Assembly (NCBI RefSeq): GCF_031769215.1 | Contig: NW_026781874.1 | Coordinates: forward strand, 310,001-374,000 | DNA length: 64,000 nucleotides | Source: Ylistrum balloti | Lineage: Eukaryota | Reading direction: 5' to 3' | In this document: one piece after another, positions 1 to 13,800 of the stretch | Layout of the letters: each line of letters begins with the position of its first letter | Numbering within the stretch: position 1 is the stretch's first letter | Position numbers and translations under genes: made by a program | Notes under the pieces: generated by a model | Databases searched by the model: none | What the model saw: only the letters and a program-made list of their open reading frames with translations | What the model was told of the DNA's origin: nothing

Positions 1-143
1 GATGAAGTTGAGCAGGGATGTCCTTTTTAAGCTCTTCTATTCCTTGACTATTTAAGGATGTATACCCTAAGACTGGTGTCATTTGGTCAGTTTATGTCAC
101 AAAGGTAGCACTTTAAAATAAACAAGGCATGTGACTATTGCAA

Positions 144-685
144 AATAGAAAAAAATCACTGAAAGAGCCTTAATTTAATATTTGCATAAGAAAGGTCGAG
201 CACCTAAGAATATCCATACTGATATGGTAGCAACACTAGGGAATGATGCCCTTTCATATGCTACAGTGGAAAGGTGGATGGCAGAATTTAAGCATGGCAG
301 GCAGAGCCTTGGGGATGACACCTGTCCTGGAAGGCATATCACTGTTGCAACCCCAGAAATGGTCAATAAAGTCCATGATATTGTTTTGGTTGACAAGCGA
401 GTTACAGAGAGATATATAGCCGGTACAGTTGGGATTTCATAGGAAAGAGTACATTCCATTCTTACGGAAGATCTTTCAATGAGAAAGCTCCAAGCCCGTA
501 GGGCACTAAAACTTCTGACAGTTGATCAGAAGCACACCAGGCGGACTTTGTTTGCCATTAACGGTTGTTGCTTTGAATTGGTTTAGTATCTGCCTTTTTA
601 GCCTGATTCCACTCCATCAGACTTTCATCTATTTCCAAAATTGAAAAAGGCCATTTCTGGTACCAACTTTCAGTCAGATAATGAC
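144..685 (+). mobile_element. Degenerate, internally deleted mariner (Tc1/mariner) transposase relic in an intron of the RhoGAP gene
   Basis: Frame reads RALI*YLHKKGRAPKNIHTDMVATLGNDALSYATVERWMAEFKHGRQSLGDD...GIS*ERVHSILTEDLSMRKLQAR (Mos1-type HTH region, in-frame stops at 176 and 440). After a large deletion, 602-685 reads PDSTPSDFHLFPKLKKAISGTNFQSDND, the YSPDLAPSDFHLF motif region. The DD34D catalytic core is missing and no TIRs were recognised. Confidence 0.85.
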
Positions 686-752
686 CCTTAAGCCCTCAAC
701 AATGAGGCTCACAACTCATTAGTCAGCCCTCGTAACTCCCTATTTCTGACTG

Positions 753-895
753 CTACTTGCTCAGTATAAACATTTCTAAATTCTGGCTACTTTTTATCAG
801 AACAGTAACTAATATTGAAGCTACTCTACTTGCTCAGTATAAACATTTCTAAATTCTGACAACTTTTTATCAGAACAGTAACTAATATTGAAGCT
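753..895. repeat. 73-bp tandem duplication (2 copies)
   Basis: ctacttgctcagtataaacatttctaaattctg...aatattgaagct starts at 753 and again at 826. Confidence 0.9.
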
Positions 896-1883
896 GATAA
901 TCAGGTATGCTGTGTTTATTACCAATCAGTGCCTTTGTATATTCAACAAATATGGATAATTATCAAATTGCAACGTTCCACTCATCTGATACTAAATTAA
1001 TACAAGTTTCTATATATAGCTGTACATAAGAAAGTGAAGTTTAATGTTACTGCTGCATACAAAGGCAGCTTTTATAAAACCACGAATTTAAGTAATTAGA
1101 GTAAAAATACAACATAAACAGCTGATCAAATGGACACGTAGGGGTCTGACAAAAATTACAGTTGTTATTGAAATGATTTTCAGTCATGCAAAACAACTAG
1201 AAATTGTTTTCTTAATATTCAAGTTACACACTGATCACAAATTTATTTAAGTTTTGCTTTTTCATTACAGTTAGCATTGTTTAAACTTAATGTGGATTCT
1301 ACCTTAAATCTCTGTCTATCATTTTTTCATATCAAATAGTTAAGTCTCATTTACTATTATATCTACATTTGCTAGTCTGTATTTCTTGTTGAACGCTATT
1401 CTGCTGTGTTATTTTTAGACCTTACAAACGTATGTGGGCTTAGGGTTTCTTTAACTTCGCTTTCTTTAAGTGTGACTTAAATTTCATTCTTCAAGTTATT
1501 TTGCTTATTCATTAGCAAACTCTGATAAATTCAAGGTTTGTGTCCCATGCACAATAGAAATAATTGAAAATTACAATAAGATTTTTTATCCTAACCTAAA
1601 CCAGCTTTTTTCCACTTTTACTGATATGATTACAAATAAAAAATCTCTGTTTCTCATTCAGTAATGTTGAAGTTTTGAAAAAGTAAGACGAATATCTTAA
1701 AAAAAAAAAAATGTGGTTTAATGTTATTTGTTAATTAGAACTGTTTGTTAATAAAACAAACTTTTTAAGGGCCGTTTAAATCAGGGAATGAATTAACAAA
1801 TTTACTGTATTGAGGTTAGGTTTTGAGATTTAATCATACTTTTTCAGTTGTTTTACTAACAAACTTATTTTTGTTTCTTGCAG

Positions 1884-4800
1884 GTTTATAATGCACCAAA
1901 GAGTAACTCGGATGATTGTAAGTGTATTGAATTACTTTTTTGTCGGAAAGTTTGCCCCATTTTAGCTTTTAAGTAAAGAGGAATATTTTTTCTTAGTTCA
2001 GTACAATAAATGTTTTATAAAACTTTGTACTGGTGCAAGTGTGGTATGCGTTTTGAGGTCATGTGAACTTAATTGCCTTTGGTCTTCAAGAATCTTCCGA
2101 AAACTAGTCAAGTTAGTTTGGACTGCCCATGGGTGGAACCATGATACTTAAATCAATGGCATCAGAGTTGATAAAATTTAATTCCTGAGGGGGTAAATTG
2201 GCAGGGCCAGAAAGAGTTCAGTTTGTACAATTTTTGAAAATCTTCCATAGCATAATACAGTACTCTCATACACTAGATTTGATATAGATTACCAAGCAAC
2301 ACAGAAAAGGTAATTGGCTAGAGTTTAAAAATTAAAATATATCTTGGATTATTATTTTGGTGTAATAATCTTCACTGATTTAGAAGCATCAGAATCAATG
2401 CTTTAACAGAACTGTATATTACATTTCAACTAGATTCATCATTTGTTCTATGTAAAAAATAAAGATTGATTGAAACCAAGTATTTGTGAAACTTAACAGG
2501 AAATTTCCGTTTGAAATTCAAGATGGCCGTCACAACCACTAATTTGAAAACATATTTTTTTGATAGTTAGCTACGGACGCTGTTATGTAAACTGCCTCCT
2601 GATAGACCATTATGGCCTGTGGAATTCTGATGTATTTTTGTTTATCTTATCATAGTACTTCGGTGGCATTTGAATTTTAATATTGTTATTGACTTTAAAT
2701 TATATTAATAATTGATAGTTAAGACAAAAACTTCAGGGATATGTGTATGTATAATATGTATGTATCTAATTGCAGCCTCCTTGGATGAAATAGGATTTGG
2801 TTTTATAGAAAGATGTATCAAATGTGTTGAAGAAAGAGGTTGGTTTCCTTTAATATTTTCTATAGTTTGAGATATAAATGTACTCAATATTCATCTCAGA
2901 ATTATCATGTAAAAGTTTTACTGATTGACATACAACATGATGTCACAATATTTAGAGATGTTAAGGCATGTTTTAAAATTTCTACAGATCAGTTCAGTTG
3001 TCATTCTTAAGTTGGAAAGTATGATATTCAATTTCAAATGAGTTGATGAGGAAGACTTGCAAGCATGTTATCATTTCAAAACTGTCCATAATTAGAAGTG
3101 ACATGGTTATATGTCATTGTTTGGCGATGGAAAGGAACAGAATGACCTAATCAGTCATCGACATTTAACCTTATAGGTGTTGTAGGGAGGTAAATGTAAA
3201 ATAGACCAGAACAAAGTAAATTGCTATGGTAGTTTCATACCAGTCTCTTGTTACAAATATTGTGTGTTACAATGTCTGTTCTTTTTCAGGCTTGTTTGAC
3301 CAGGGACTTTATCGTGTTGTGGGTGTGAGCTCTAAGGTCAGCAAACTCATAACACTAGGGCTGGGTAAGTTACCTCTCTTGCCAAGTAACATCAAATGCC
3401 ATGCTGTAAAGGTAGTAAATTTAGAACTCAATGACTGGACAGATTACCTCCCTTATTAAGTTATTTATAAAGGCATGCTGTATAAATGAAAAACTCATAA
3501 CTGTAGTGGTTTTTAAGTTATCTCCCTTTCTTCAATTATATCTTATATCGTTCTGTATAGATACCAGACTCATACTTCTATGGCTAGGTAAATTATCTCC
3601 CCTACTTTTTATATTTTATATTTAATGGTATTCTGTATAGATATTGTACTCATAAATGAAGAGCAAGTTAAGTTATCATTCCTTAAATTTTAATTTCAAG
3701 GGCTGGTGAGTTATCTCCCCTTCCTGGTTATAGCTAATGTCCTGATGTATGGTTCATAACTTTAGGGCTGAGTAAGTTATATCTCCTACCTAGTGACATC
3801 TAATGTCATATTGTATAGCTCACAACTTTAGAGCTGGGTGAATTATCTCCCCTTCCTAGTAATATCTAATGCCATGCTGTATAGGACAGGTGAGTTATTT
3901 CCCCTTCTGAGTAATATTTAATAACATACTGTATACATGTCATTTGACAAGGTGATGGCAATCATATAATTGTAACATATTTGTTGGATAAGAGACATTC
4001 ATGTTAGCTGTCATAATTAGCCTTTAAGCATATACCTGATTATAGATATAAATTTATTGGTATGTCATGTGACTACGAGATAAAGTTTTTATTAATTGGT
4101 GTTATCATTAATTGCTAGTTTCCTTCAAAAACAAGAAAGTGTGTAAATCCTTTTAATCTTAATACATTTCATGGTATGGTTTTGTTTGTCCCCCTTAGAG
4201 CATGTCAAGATGTTTGATCAATTTACTAACATCCAGTGCATTCTGATTTCTATGAATAGAGCTTGTGGTTTTGCTTCCGTTTACAATACATTATATAACA
4301 TACAGAGATGTATCAATTAAAATCATGCATCAGTATACAAGGGTCTCAGCTAGATATTCTAGTAATGTACATGATTCTGACATGTAACATCCATAGTGTT
4401 AGGAACTTTGTGATAGTTACTGAAGAAAAGTGTTTTTGAAAACATTGCTTTAGAAAATGACCTGAGATACTGATGCTATGATATTAGAAGCTATGGTTGT
4501 TATATCCAATGCATGCTTTGATTCTTTGTGACAGATCCCAAGAAAAAGGATAAGATAAATATAGATGACCCTTCCCAGTTTGAAATCAAGACTGTAACAA
4601 GTGCTGTGAAACATTATCTTAGGTATGTATATATCTAACCTGCTAACCTCCAACCTTTGACCTTTCCTCCTCAGTGTATCCATTCCCCTCACTCGTTGTT
4701 CAAATACCTGAGTAAAACTTAGTACTCAAACTACTGTATATCAATAATATTTTATGTGGGACTTACTTTCATCTTAATAAGCAAATTCAAATCTTTTGCG

Positions 4801-7800
4801 ATTATTTTTACAAATATTACTGTGGATGGCATTCAAGTTGATTTGGTTATCGATATTGACGTCTTAAGAGTCCTGTTCTCTAATTACTCATTATTTCAGT
4901 ATTCAGGAAATTATGTATTCACAAATGTGTCTGAAAAGGTAAGTTAACTGAATAAAAGTAGGCGTGAAATTTAAGTGATTGATAATATGAAGAGAACTGA
5001 GGGAATTATCACTGTTAGAGGGTTTGGTACTGAGGGCTTCAGTTGTCATGGAATTCGGTATTACATGTATCACAGGCATCTCTTAAAGAGGTCGTTGAAT
5101 TTTATTTTTCTAGAGTTCTGACCCTCTAATATTAAATTCAGTTGCTCTGAAAAAACAAGCAGCAAATATAATTGATTGTTTGAAATGAACCTGTACCTTT
5201 TATGGTATTTGATATCTGCAGTTAATGTACAAGTAACTGAATAGAAAACATGTATAGATATCCGTTTTATTGGGAGGGCTTGTTATTTGTCATTTAACAG
5301 TGTACTGTGCTTTAGTTTTCATTGATACCCCTGTCTGCTTCTCAATACACACTAACAAATAATGGTTTTTATTGGTATTCATCCTTTTGTCTGCCTGTTC
5401 TATAACATCAGTTAGATCTACTATTAGTAACAAAAACAATTATTATGTCTAGTCATGATGTCGCCTCTGATCAGTTATTATGTCTAGTCATGATGTCACT
5501 TTTGATCAGTTGTTATGTCTAGTCATGATGTCACCTCTGATCAGTTGTGATGTCTAGTCATGATGTCACCTCAGATCAGTTATTATGTCTAGTCATGATG
5601 TCACCTCAGATCAGTTATTATGTCTAGTCATGATGTCACCACTGATCAGTTATTATGTCTAGTCATGATGTCACCTCTGATCAGTTATTATGTCTAGTCA
5701 TGATGTCACCTCTGATCAGTTGTGATGTCTAGTCATGATGTCACCTCAGATCAGTTATTATGTCTAGTCATGATATCACCTCAGATCAGTTATTATGTCT
5801 AGTCATGATGTCACCACTGATCAGTTATTATGTCTAGTCATGATGTCACTTTTGATCAGTTGTTATGTCTAGTCATGATGTCACCTCTGATCAGTTGTGA
5901 TGTCTAGTCATGATGTCACCTCAGATCAGTTATTATGTCTAGTCATGATATCACCTCTGATCAGTTATTATGTCTAGTCATGATGTCACCTCTGATCAGT
6001 TATTATGTCTAGTCATGATGTCACCTCTGATCAGTTGTGATGTCTAGTCATGATGTCACCTCAGATCAGTTATTATGTCTAGTCATGATATCACCTCTGA
6101 TCAGTTATTATGTCTAGTCATGATGTCACCACTGATCAGTTATTATGCCTAGTCATGATGTCACCTCTGATCAGTTCTTATGTCTAGTCATGATGTCACC
6201 TCTGATCAGTTGTGATGTCTAGTCATGATGTCACCTCAGATCAGTTATTATGTCTAGCCATGATGTCACCTCTGATCAGTTATTATGTCTAGTCATGATG
6301 TCACCTCTGATCAGTTATTATATCTAGTCATGATGTCACCTCTGATCAGTTGTGATGTCTAGTCATGATGTCACCTCAGATCAGTTATTATGTCTAGTCA
6401 TGATATCACCTCTGATCAGTTATTATGTCTAGTCATGATGTCACCACTGATCAGTTATTATGTCTAGTCATGATGTCACTTTTGATCAGTTGTTATGTCT
6501 AGTCATGATGTCACCTCTGATCTGTTGTGATGTCTAGTCATGATGTCACCTCAGATCAGTTATTATGTCTAGTCATGATATCACCTCTGATCAGTTATTA
6601 TGTCTAGTCATGATGTCACCACTGATCAGCTATTATGTCTAGTCATGATGTCACGTCTGATCAGTTATTATGTCTAGTCATGATGTCACCTCTGATCAGT
6701 TGTGATGTCTAGTCATGATGTCACCTCAGATCAGTTATTATGTCTAGTCATGATGTCACCACTGATCAGTTATTATGTCTAGTCATGATGTCACCTCTGA
6801 TCAGTTGTTATATATAGTCATGATGTCACCTCAGATCAGTTATTATGTCTAGTCATGATGTCACCTCTGATCAGTTATTATGCCTAGTCATGATGTCACC
6901 ACTGATCATTTATTATGTCTAGTCATGATGTCACCTCAGATCAGTTATTATGTCTAGTCATGATGTCACCTCTGATCATTTATTATGTCTAGTCATGATG
7001 TCACCACTGATCAGCTATTATGTCTAGTCATGATGTCACGTCTGATCAGTTATTATGTCTAGTCATGATGTCACCTCTGATCAGTTGTGATGTCTAGTCA
7101 TGATGTCACCTCAGATCAGTTATTATGTCTAGTCATGATGTCACCACTGATCAGTTATTATGTCTAGTCATGATGTCACCTCTGATCAGTTGTTATATAT
7201 AGTCATGATGTCACCTCAGATCAGTTATTATGTCTAGTCATGATGTCACCTCTGATCAGTTATTATGCCTAGTCATGATGTCACCACTGATCATTTATTA
7301 TGTCTAGTCATGATGTCACCTCAGATCAGTTATTATGTCTAGTCATGATGTCACCTCTGATCATTTATTATGTCTAGTCATGATGTCACCACTGATCAGT
7401 TATTATGTCTAGTCATGATGTCACCTCTGATCAGTTATTATGTCTAGTCATGATGTCACCTCTGATCAGTTGTTATATATAGTCATGATGTCACCTCAGA
7501 TCAGTTATTATGTCTAGTCATGATGTCACCTCTGATCAGTTATTATGCCTAGTCATGATGTCACCTCAGATCAGTTATTATGTCTAGTCATGATGTCACC
7601 TCAGATCAGTTATGATGTCTAGTCATGATGTCACCTCAGATCAGTTATTATGTCTAGTCATGATGTCACCTCTGATCAGTTATTATGTCTAGTCATGATG
7701 TCACCTCAGATCAGTTATTATGCCTAGTCATGATGTCACTTCAGATAAATTATTAGGTATAATCATGATGTCATGTCAGATCAGTTATGTGAAAATATCC

Positions 7801-10800
7801 CCCATTGTGGTGTTTCCTGTTGGTGATGTGATGTCGCAAGTGCTTTATTCTATTCTAAGCTCAGATTTAAGCTGTGTTATATAAACTTAAGTATGACAGC
7901 AAACATTGCACATTTTAAACTAATGACAAAAACTTTTACTCTTGCACAAACCAATTACGATAGAGATATTTATGAATACAAATATTTGGGTTGGTAAGCT
8001 CCATCTAGAAACGATGCAATACAAGGCTTAGCATTAATATTATGGTTTGTGACAGAAAAACATTAATAATGTACTTTCTTTATTTTAACTTTGTATAATT
8101 TTTCAGATGGAAATGAGACAGTAATTTAGAATCGCCAAATTTTCTTTTCTCTTATTGTTAGCTGTTATTTTCAGACATCATTAATATTTCAGCTACAGTG
8201 AATATAGTGTGTGACCTGATATATAATTAATTATATCATTTTACCATTAACAGGTCATTACCAGAACCGCTGATGACATTTAAATTTCACTCGGACTTCA
8301 TAGCTGCTGCCAGTAAGTATATAAAACTGTTATATAATGCTTTTGTCAGTTTAGATTTTATGGAAAATATTGTACAATACAAGGTTTAGTGTTGGTTTGG
8401 GACTGTAAAACAAACACATATTATCAGTTTATTCCAACAAGCTTTTTATTAGAAAACATAGTGAAAAATGACATCCCAGTTTTACTTGTATTAAGGCATA
8501 GTGATATTAATGAAATAATAGTTTATTGGCTTTTTGTTAGCCAGGAATGGTGTACAGAATGTGTACAACTAGACATTGGGAAAGTATGTGGAAATATCTG
8601 ATTTGTCTCGGTTTGAGTGTACCTGATTAAAGTGAAACAAGTACCGCGTATGTTGTTTGGCTAAAGCTTTTGTGCTATTATGTAATATTTACATAGTAGC
8701 CAAGCATTTTCATACTGAATTTGCTGCAAACTAATATGTACTTTTACAACATAGAATTATTCACTAAGACAATTATTTGATAAAAAATGAAAAATACAAC
8801 ATTTTATATTGGATTCTATTTTTTTTTCTATAATATAAACTAGACGTGGTGTAATAGCATGAGTTGTATATATTTTTTTTTCAGAACAAGAATCCAAGAC
8901 ACTGCGTATACATGACATTCACACTCTAGTTCACAAACTACCAGAGCCTAACTTTGAAATGTTGGAGTTATTGATAAGACACTTGAGAAAGTAAGTGTTG
9001 TAACAATATTTCTGATACATTCACAAAAGTCACTTCTTTCCACACATTTATCTGAATGGTAAATTTAGAATGTAGCTACAAAATTTTAATTATCACTGGT
9101 GCTTCCACAAGAATTAAACTGATGGCAGTCGGTGCCAGCTAAAGCTTATCTCGACATAACCTTTGTTTTACAATAATTAATTATATCGCATGAAATCTTA
9201 ATCAGTTATCCAAAAATTCAGGTTTTTGCAAATGAAAATTTAGAGCCAGAGCTAGCCCTGTTTAGGAGTGATATTCTTTCAGACAAATCAATTCAATTGT
9301 CACTTCAAATCTAAGGCTTTCTCAGAAGAAATGTGGCTTATATTTCTTCTAGGTAGCAATAATGATCACCATTTATTTGGTAAGAGAGTGTATGAAATGT
9401 CACAGGAGGTCAATATTACATGTTTAAGTGTTTATAACTCTGTCTGTCCCTCTGTTGCCAGTGTTTCCGAGCAAAGTGATAAGAACCTGATGACAGTCGC
9501 AAACCTCGGTGTGTGCTTCGGTCCAACGCTGATGAGATCGGAGGAGGAGTCAGTCGCTGCCATCATGGACATCAAGTTCCTCAACATTGTTGTGGAAATA
9601 CTCATACTACATTATGACAAAGTAATGGATTCCATACTTGATCTTGTAAATGTCATCAAATCTAATCACTTACAGAAATGGAGATTGAGTGGTCACGCTG
9701 TTTCAGTGTAATGTTTGACAGAGAAGGGAGCAAACGTGCATTATATTTAATATAATTAGATATTAGAGTAATCATTAATAGTATCTCTAGTCATTCTTCT
9801 TACACATTCATATTATCATAAAGTTAATTGCTTTTAATTATCAGCAATATTAATGACTATTGACGCTCTCAGCAAAATTATGTAAATAAGATTATTATTT
9901 TAAAATTTTAAATGCTTTTGAAATTAAATGCAAACTTTTGTTATATTACATTGAATAGTAGAAATGAGTGTACTTCATCAGATTGGTGTGTTTCTGTGTA
10001 TTGTAGATATTTAAAACGGCCCCCGAGGGTGCTGACATTAGTGAGATTCGTGTGCCGCCATCTTCTACAGCCATGCTGACAGAGAGACGTGAACCGAGCA
10101 GCAAGTTTGTACCACTCAATGATCACATGATGATGGCCAGTCCTGGCTCAGGACATGTTTCCCACGCCCCACAACCTATTTATGCAAATAAAGCACCACG
10201 TGCCCCTCCTCAAAGTTACCAGGCAAGCAAAGCAAAACTGCGTGGAGTGGAGGTGTACAACCCCCAAACAGGAGGTACATGAACAGTGTGTTCAGAATTT
10301 GTCTAAATTTTCTATGAAATTTCAGTATTGTCTTTAAGGGTTATATAGAAGATAGTGGTAACGCTTACCTATTTAGCTGAATAGTATACATGTGCTTTAG
10401 AGTAGATACTAATTTGTTAATTTGTAAATGTTGTTTCCTTTGAATTAAAATTTGTGTTTGAAGAAACACCCTACATGTAATTCAGAAGACTATGGGGATA
10501 AAAACCCATTTTAACAGTTTTGAAAAGTTGTTGGTGTCGTCCTGTTATTTCTTTAGGTTTTGAAATGGCGACAGGGAGCAGTACCAGTGGGAGTTCTGAA
10601 TCACTAAACTCCAGTCACTCTAACCACGTCTCCAAGAATACCTCATCTCCTCCAATCAACAGCCAGCGCAAGGGTCCTGCTCCTCAGGTCCCTGGTCCAA
10701 CCTATAGCAATGTCAACGCTCTAGGTAAACCCACACAGGATAAGTACATCAGTGTGTATATATATCCTGTTGTGTATATTATATAATTTGGTATTAGGTT

Positions 10801-13800
10801 GTAGCTTGTACACTCAGCATTATTACTAAGTAATAACTTGTTTTAATGTAATTAATGTTTTGATGTTTGACTGCATAAACCATTGAACCCACATCTCAAG
10901 TTAGCAGTTTGTTAAACATAAATTCAAAGTTCAAAGTCTTGTAGCCATTTATATAAGACTGAGGTAAAATTTTATAAACGTTATAGTGACTGTTTGTCAC
11001 ACTAATGTGATTTCTAATAGTTGTCAACTGTATTTCACCTACAAATATTCAGAACTTATTTATACATGAATAATATGTTAAAAACTTTCCTCTTTCTTCA
11101 GCCAACAGATTTAACTTACATATGACAGGGTCGGATGTGCCCACATTGTAAGTATGGACCAACACTCTGTTGATCCTTTCTCTTTCTTATGGTTAATGTA
11201 CATAAAAATCAACAAACACCACAATTTTATTTTACTGTTGAAATTGTTACGTTAAATTGGTGTTGATGTCCTGTAAGTCATATTGTACTCCATACATTTA
11301 TATGTACTAAGTATGTGCTATTATGAAAAACAGTGTTGGAATTGATGATTTCTGAATCCACACAAAGACCTGAAGCTGATGATAAATTATTGTGTAGGAC
11401 TATTGATGTCATTCTTATTTTATTTCTTGGGACCTTGAAATATTTTTTTTTTGAATAAACTAATGCAAGTAATACTTTTGTGTGTAGATTTTCAGATGAT
11501 TTGATAATTTTACTTCATGAACTTATATCTTAATGCTTTGTCATAATTTTGCTTCTTAAAAATCATAACACAAACAAAAACATCAAATGCTGTTGGTCAA
11601 TATGAATGGTACATGGCAGAGAGTTTAAGGTTGACATTGGATATTTTCTGCTATAAAGTGTTGGTACATGTTGTCAGGGAACAGATGTACCTTTCGTGGT
11701 AGGATTATTGCACTAGCTAACATTGTAGTATAGGTATAGAGTCTGGTGTAGGCTGCACAATGTCACTAACGCTTAGTGAAAGCTTCTAGTGGGGAAACTC
11801 AGCTAGGCCTTTATAGCACTGAGGAACATGTTTAGGTGTCTCAGTCTTATCGGCATTAAGAATCTCTGTTTGAAACACAAGAAGATAACCAAAACCTTTA
11901 TAGTTAGACAAGTATAGCTATCATATATCACTTAATGTAGCATCAATGTAAGTATGGAAAGTATATTGATGGTTTCAGAATTTTAATTGTTAACTGATGA
12001 GGACCATCATTTTTTCCCACAACCACTACTAATATCACTGTTATCTTTTACACAAGACAGGAAATTGTCATGCATTTTTCAGAAATAGATTTGTCCTTCT
12101 TTCATCCAATCAAGTCACTTTATGAAAAAATTTGACATCTCTTACTGCAAAATATAACTTCATCTATCGACCAGGTAATTTGTCTTTCTAACGTGTAACC
12201 TCCAAGGGAGGTAATTTATATGAATTAAAGAACATCGGTATGTGTTTGAAAGTTTTATCTCAGTTTTGGCTGACGTTCAATTCTGTTACATCTTATTTGT
12301 GCCAAGACAAAGCTGAGCATTGATTTCTTATGGAATATTTGCTCTCATCAGAGATAAACATATCTTGAACACGTACAGGTAAAACAGATCTTGAACATGT
12401 ACAGGTAAAATAGATATTGAACATGTACAGGTAAAACAGATCTTGAACATGTACAGGTAAAATAGATATTGAACATGTACAGGTAAAACAGATATTGAAC
12501 ACGTACAGGTAAAATAGATATTGAATATGTATAGGTAACAGGTTCTATTTTACTGTAAGTATGATGCTGTCTCTAACCAGATAATCTAACTTGTTAGATC
12601 TTTACTATAGACTGTAGAAATAGTCTCCTGTATTAGGATTTCAGTATTTCTTAATTCAAACTTGCATATTGAAATTTAAAGTTTTGAAACGTAAATTGAA
12701 AGATTTAAAAAGAAAATGAATTACAAATTAAAATTTTGAGAAAAAAAAAAAAACTTTCTCTTGTCTCTATCTTTAAGATGGTTTGTATTGTGTTTGAATT
12801 ATTGTCTCTAAATTTATTTTTGTCATGTCACTGGGTTCTGGAATGTGTTTTGCTTGTTTTTGGTCTATCCCCTGTACTGGCTGATTTTGTAGAAAACCAT
12901 ACACATCACCTCACAATATGCAGGTTTGTGTGCACTGTGTTTATCTCAAGTAGACATCCCCATTATTTCCATGTCTGAAAAAGTTAGCACACATTCTTGT
13001 TTTTGAGAAATGTTTATTCAGATATATACTTTGTAATCAAGAAGAGCTCTTTATGTTAACTAATTTGCGAAGTCATGTAACAAAGTACTAGCCTTGCCAA
13101 CAACTCCTGCACCCCTACTGACTGATATTGACTCACCCTAGAGTAGCATCAGAATTCTGTAAATATTATGTAACGTAGGGGTGGAGGGGTGACTTATCGG
13201 CACCTGTCTACCCTAATGAGTACCATGTCTCTGTAAAAACTCCTCACACTGTTATTTGACAAGAAAAGTCAAAGTATACAATGTATCGGAATTGTTTCTG
13301 CTTTGAATGAAAACTTTGCTTGAAACAGAATCAACACTTGGATAAGCAGTTTTGATAAGTTTGATGAAACCTTCAATTTTTTTCTGACTCTTACCCTAGA
13401 TGAGTATTGCGAAAGTCCATTTTAACGTGTCAATTTCATGTCTAGATAAAATTGAAATGCAAAATTGAAAAAAGAGATATTTTTTTCTTAAAATAAAGAC
13501 ATCTAGTCCAAATGTATTACATTTTAAATTGATCAATTTTAGATTGGTTTCTAAGAAATGTTTTAACAGATTATGATGTTTGACTAAACAAAACACTCTT
13601 ATGCTTGGATACATAAATGAAAGTTCTGATCAACATTTTACTGAACCAATTATACTTAAATGAAAATCAACAATACTGATTGATATAAATTTACAGAAAA
13701 CTAGAAATAAGCCCAGGTCAAGAAAAAATTTTGGTAATGTGTTCATTAAATGGTACTGTGTGCTGCATGTCTTTTTGATTCTGAATAAGAGTGGATTTGG

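Noticed and set aside
5441-7788. 35-bp array as a CRISPR-like locus
   Set aside because: The units are contiguous with no unique spacers, there are no cas genes, and the context is a eukaryotic intron.
13110-13183. 9-bp inverted repeat cacccctac/gtaggggtg
   Set aside because: Too short to exceed chance expectation in 64 kb, with no extension of the stem.
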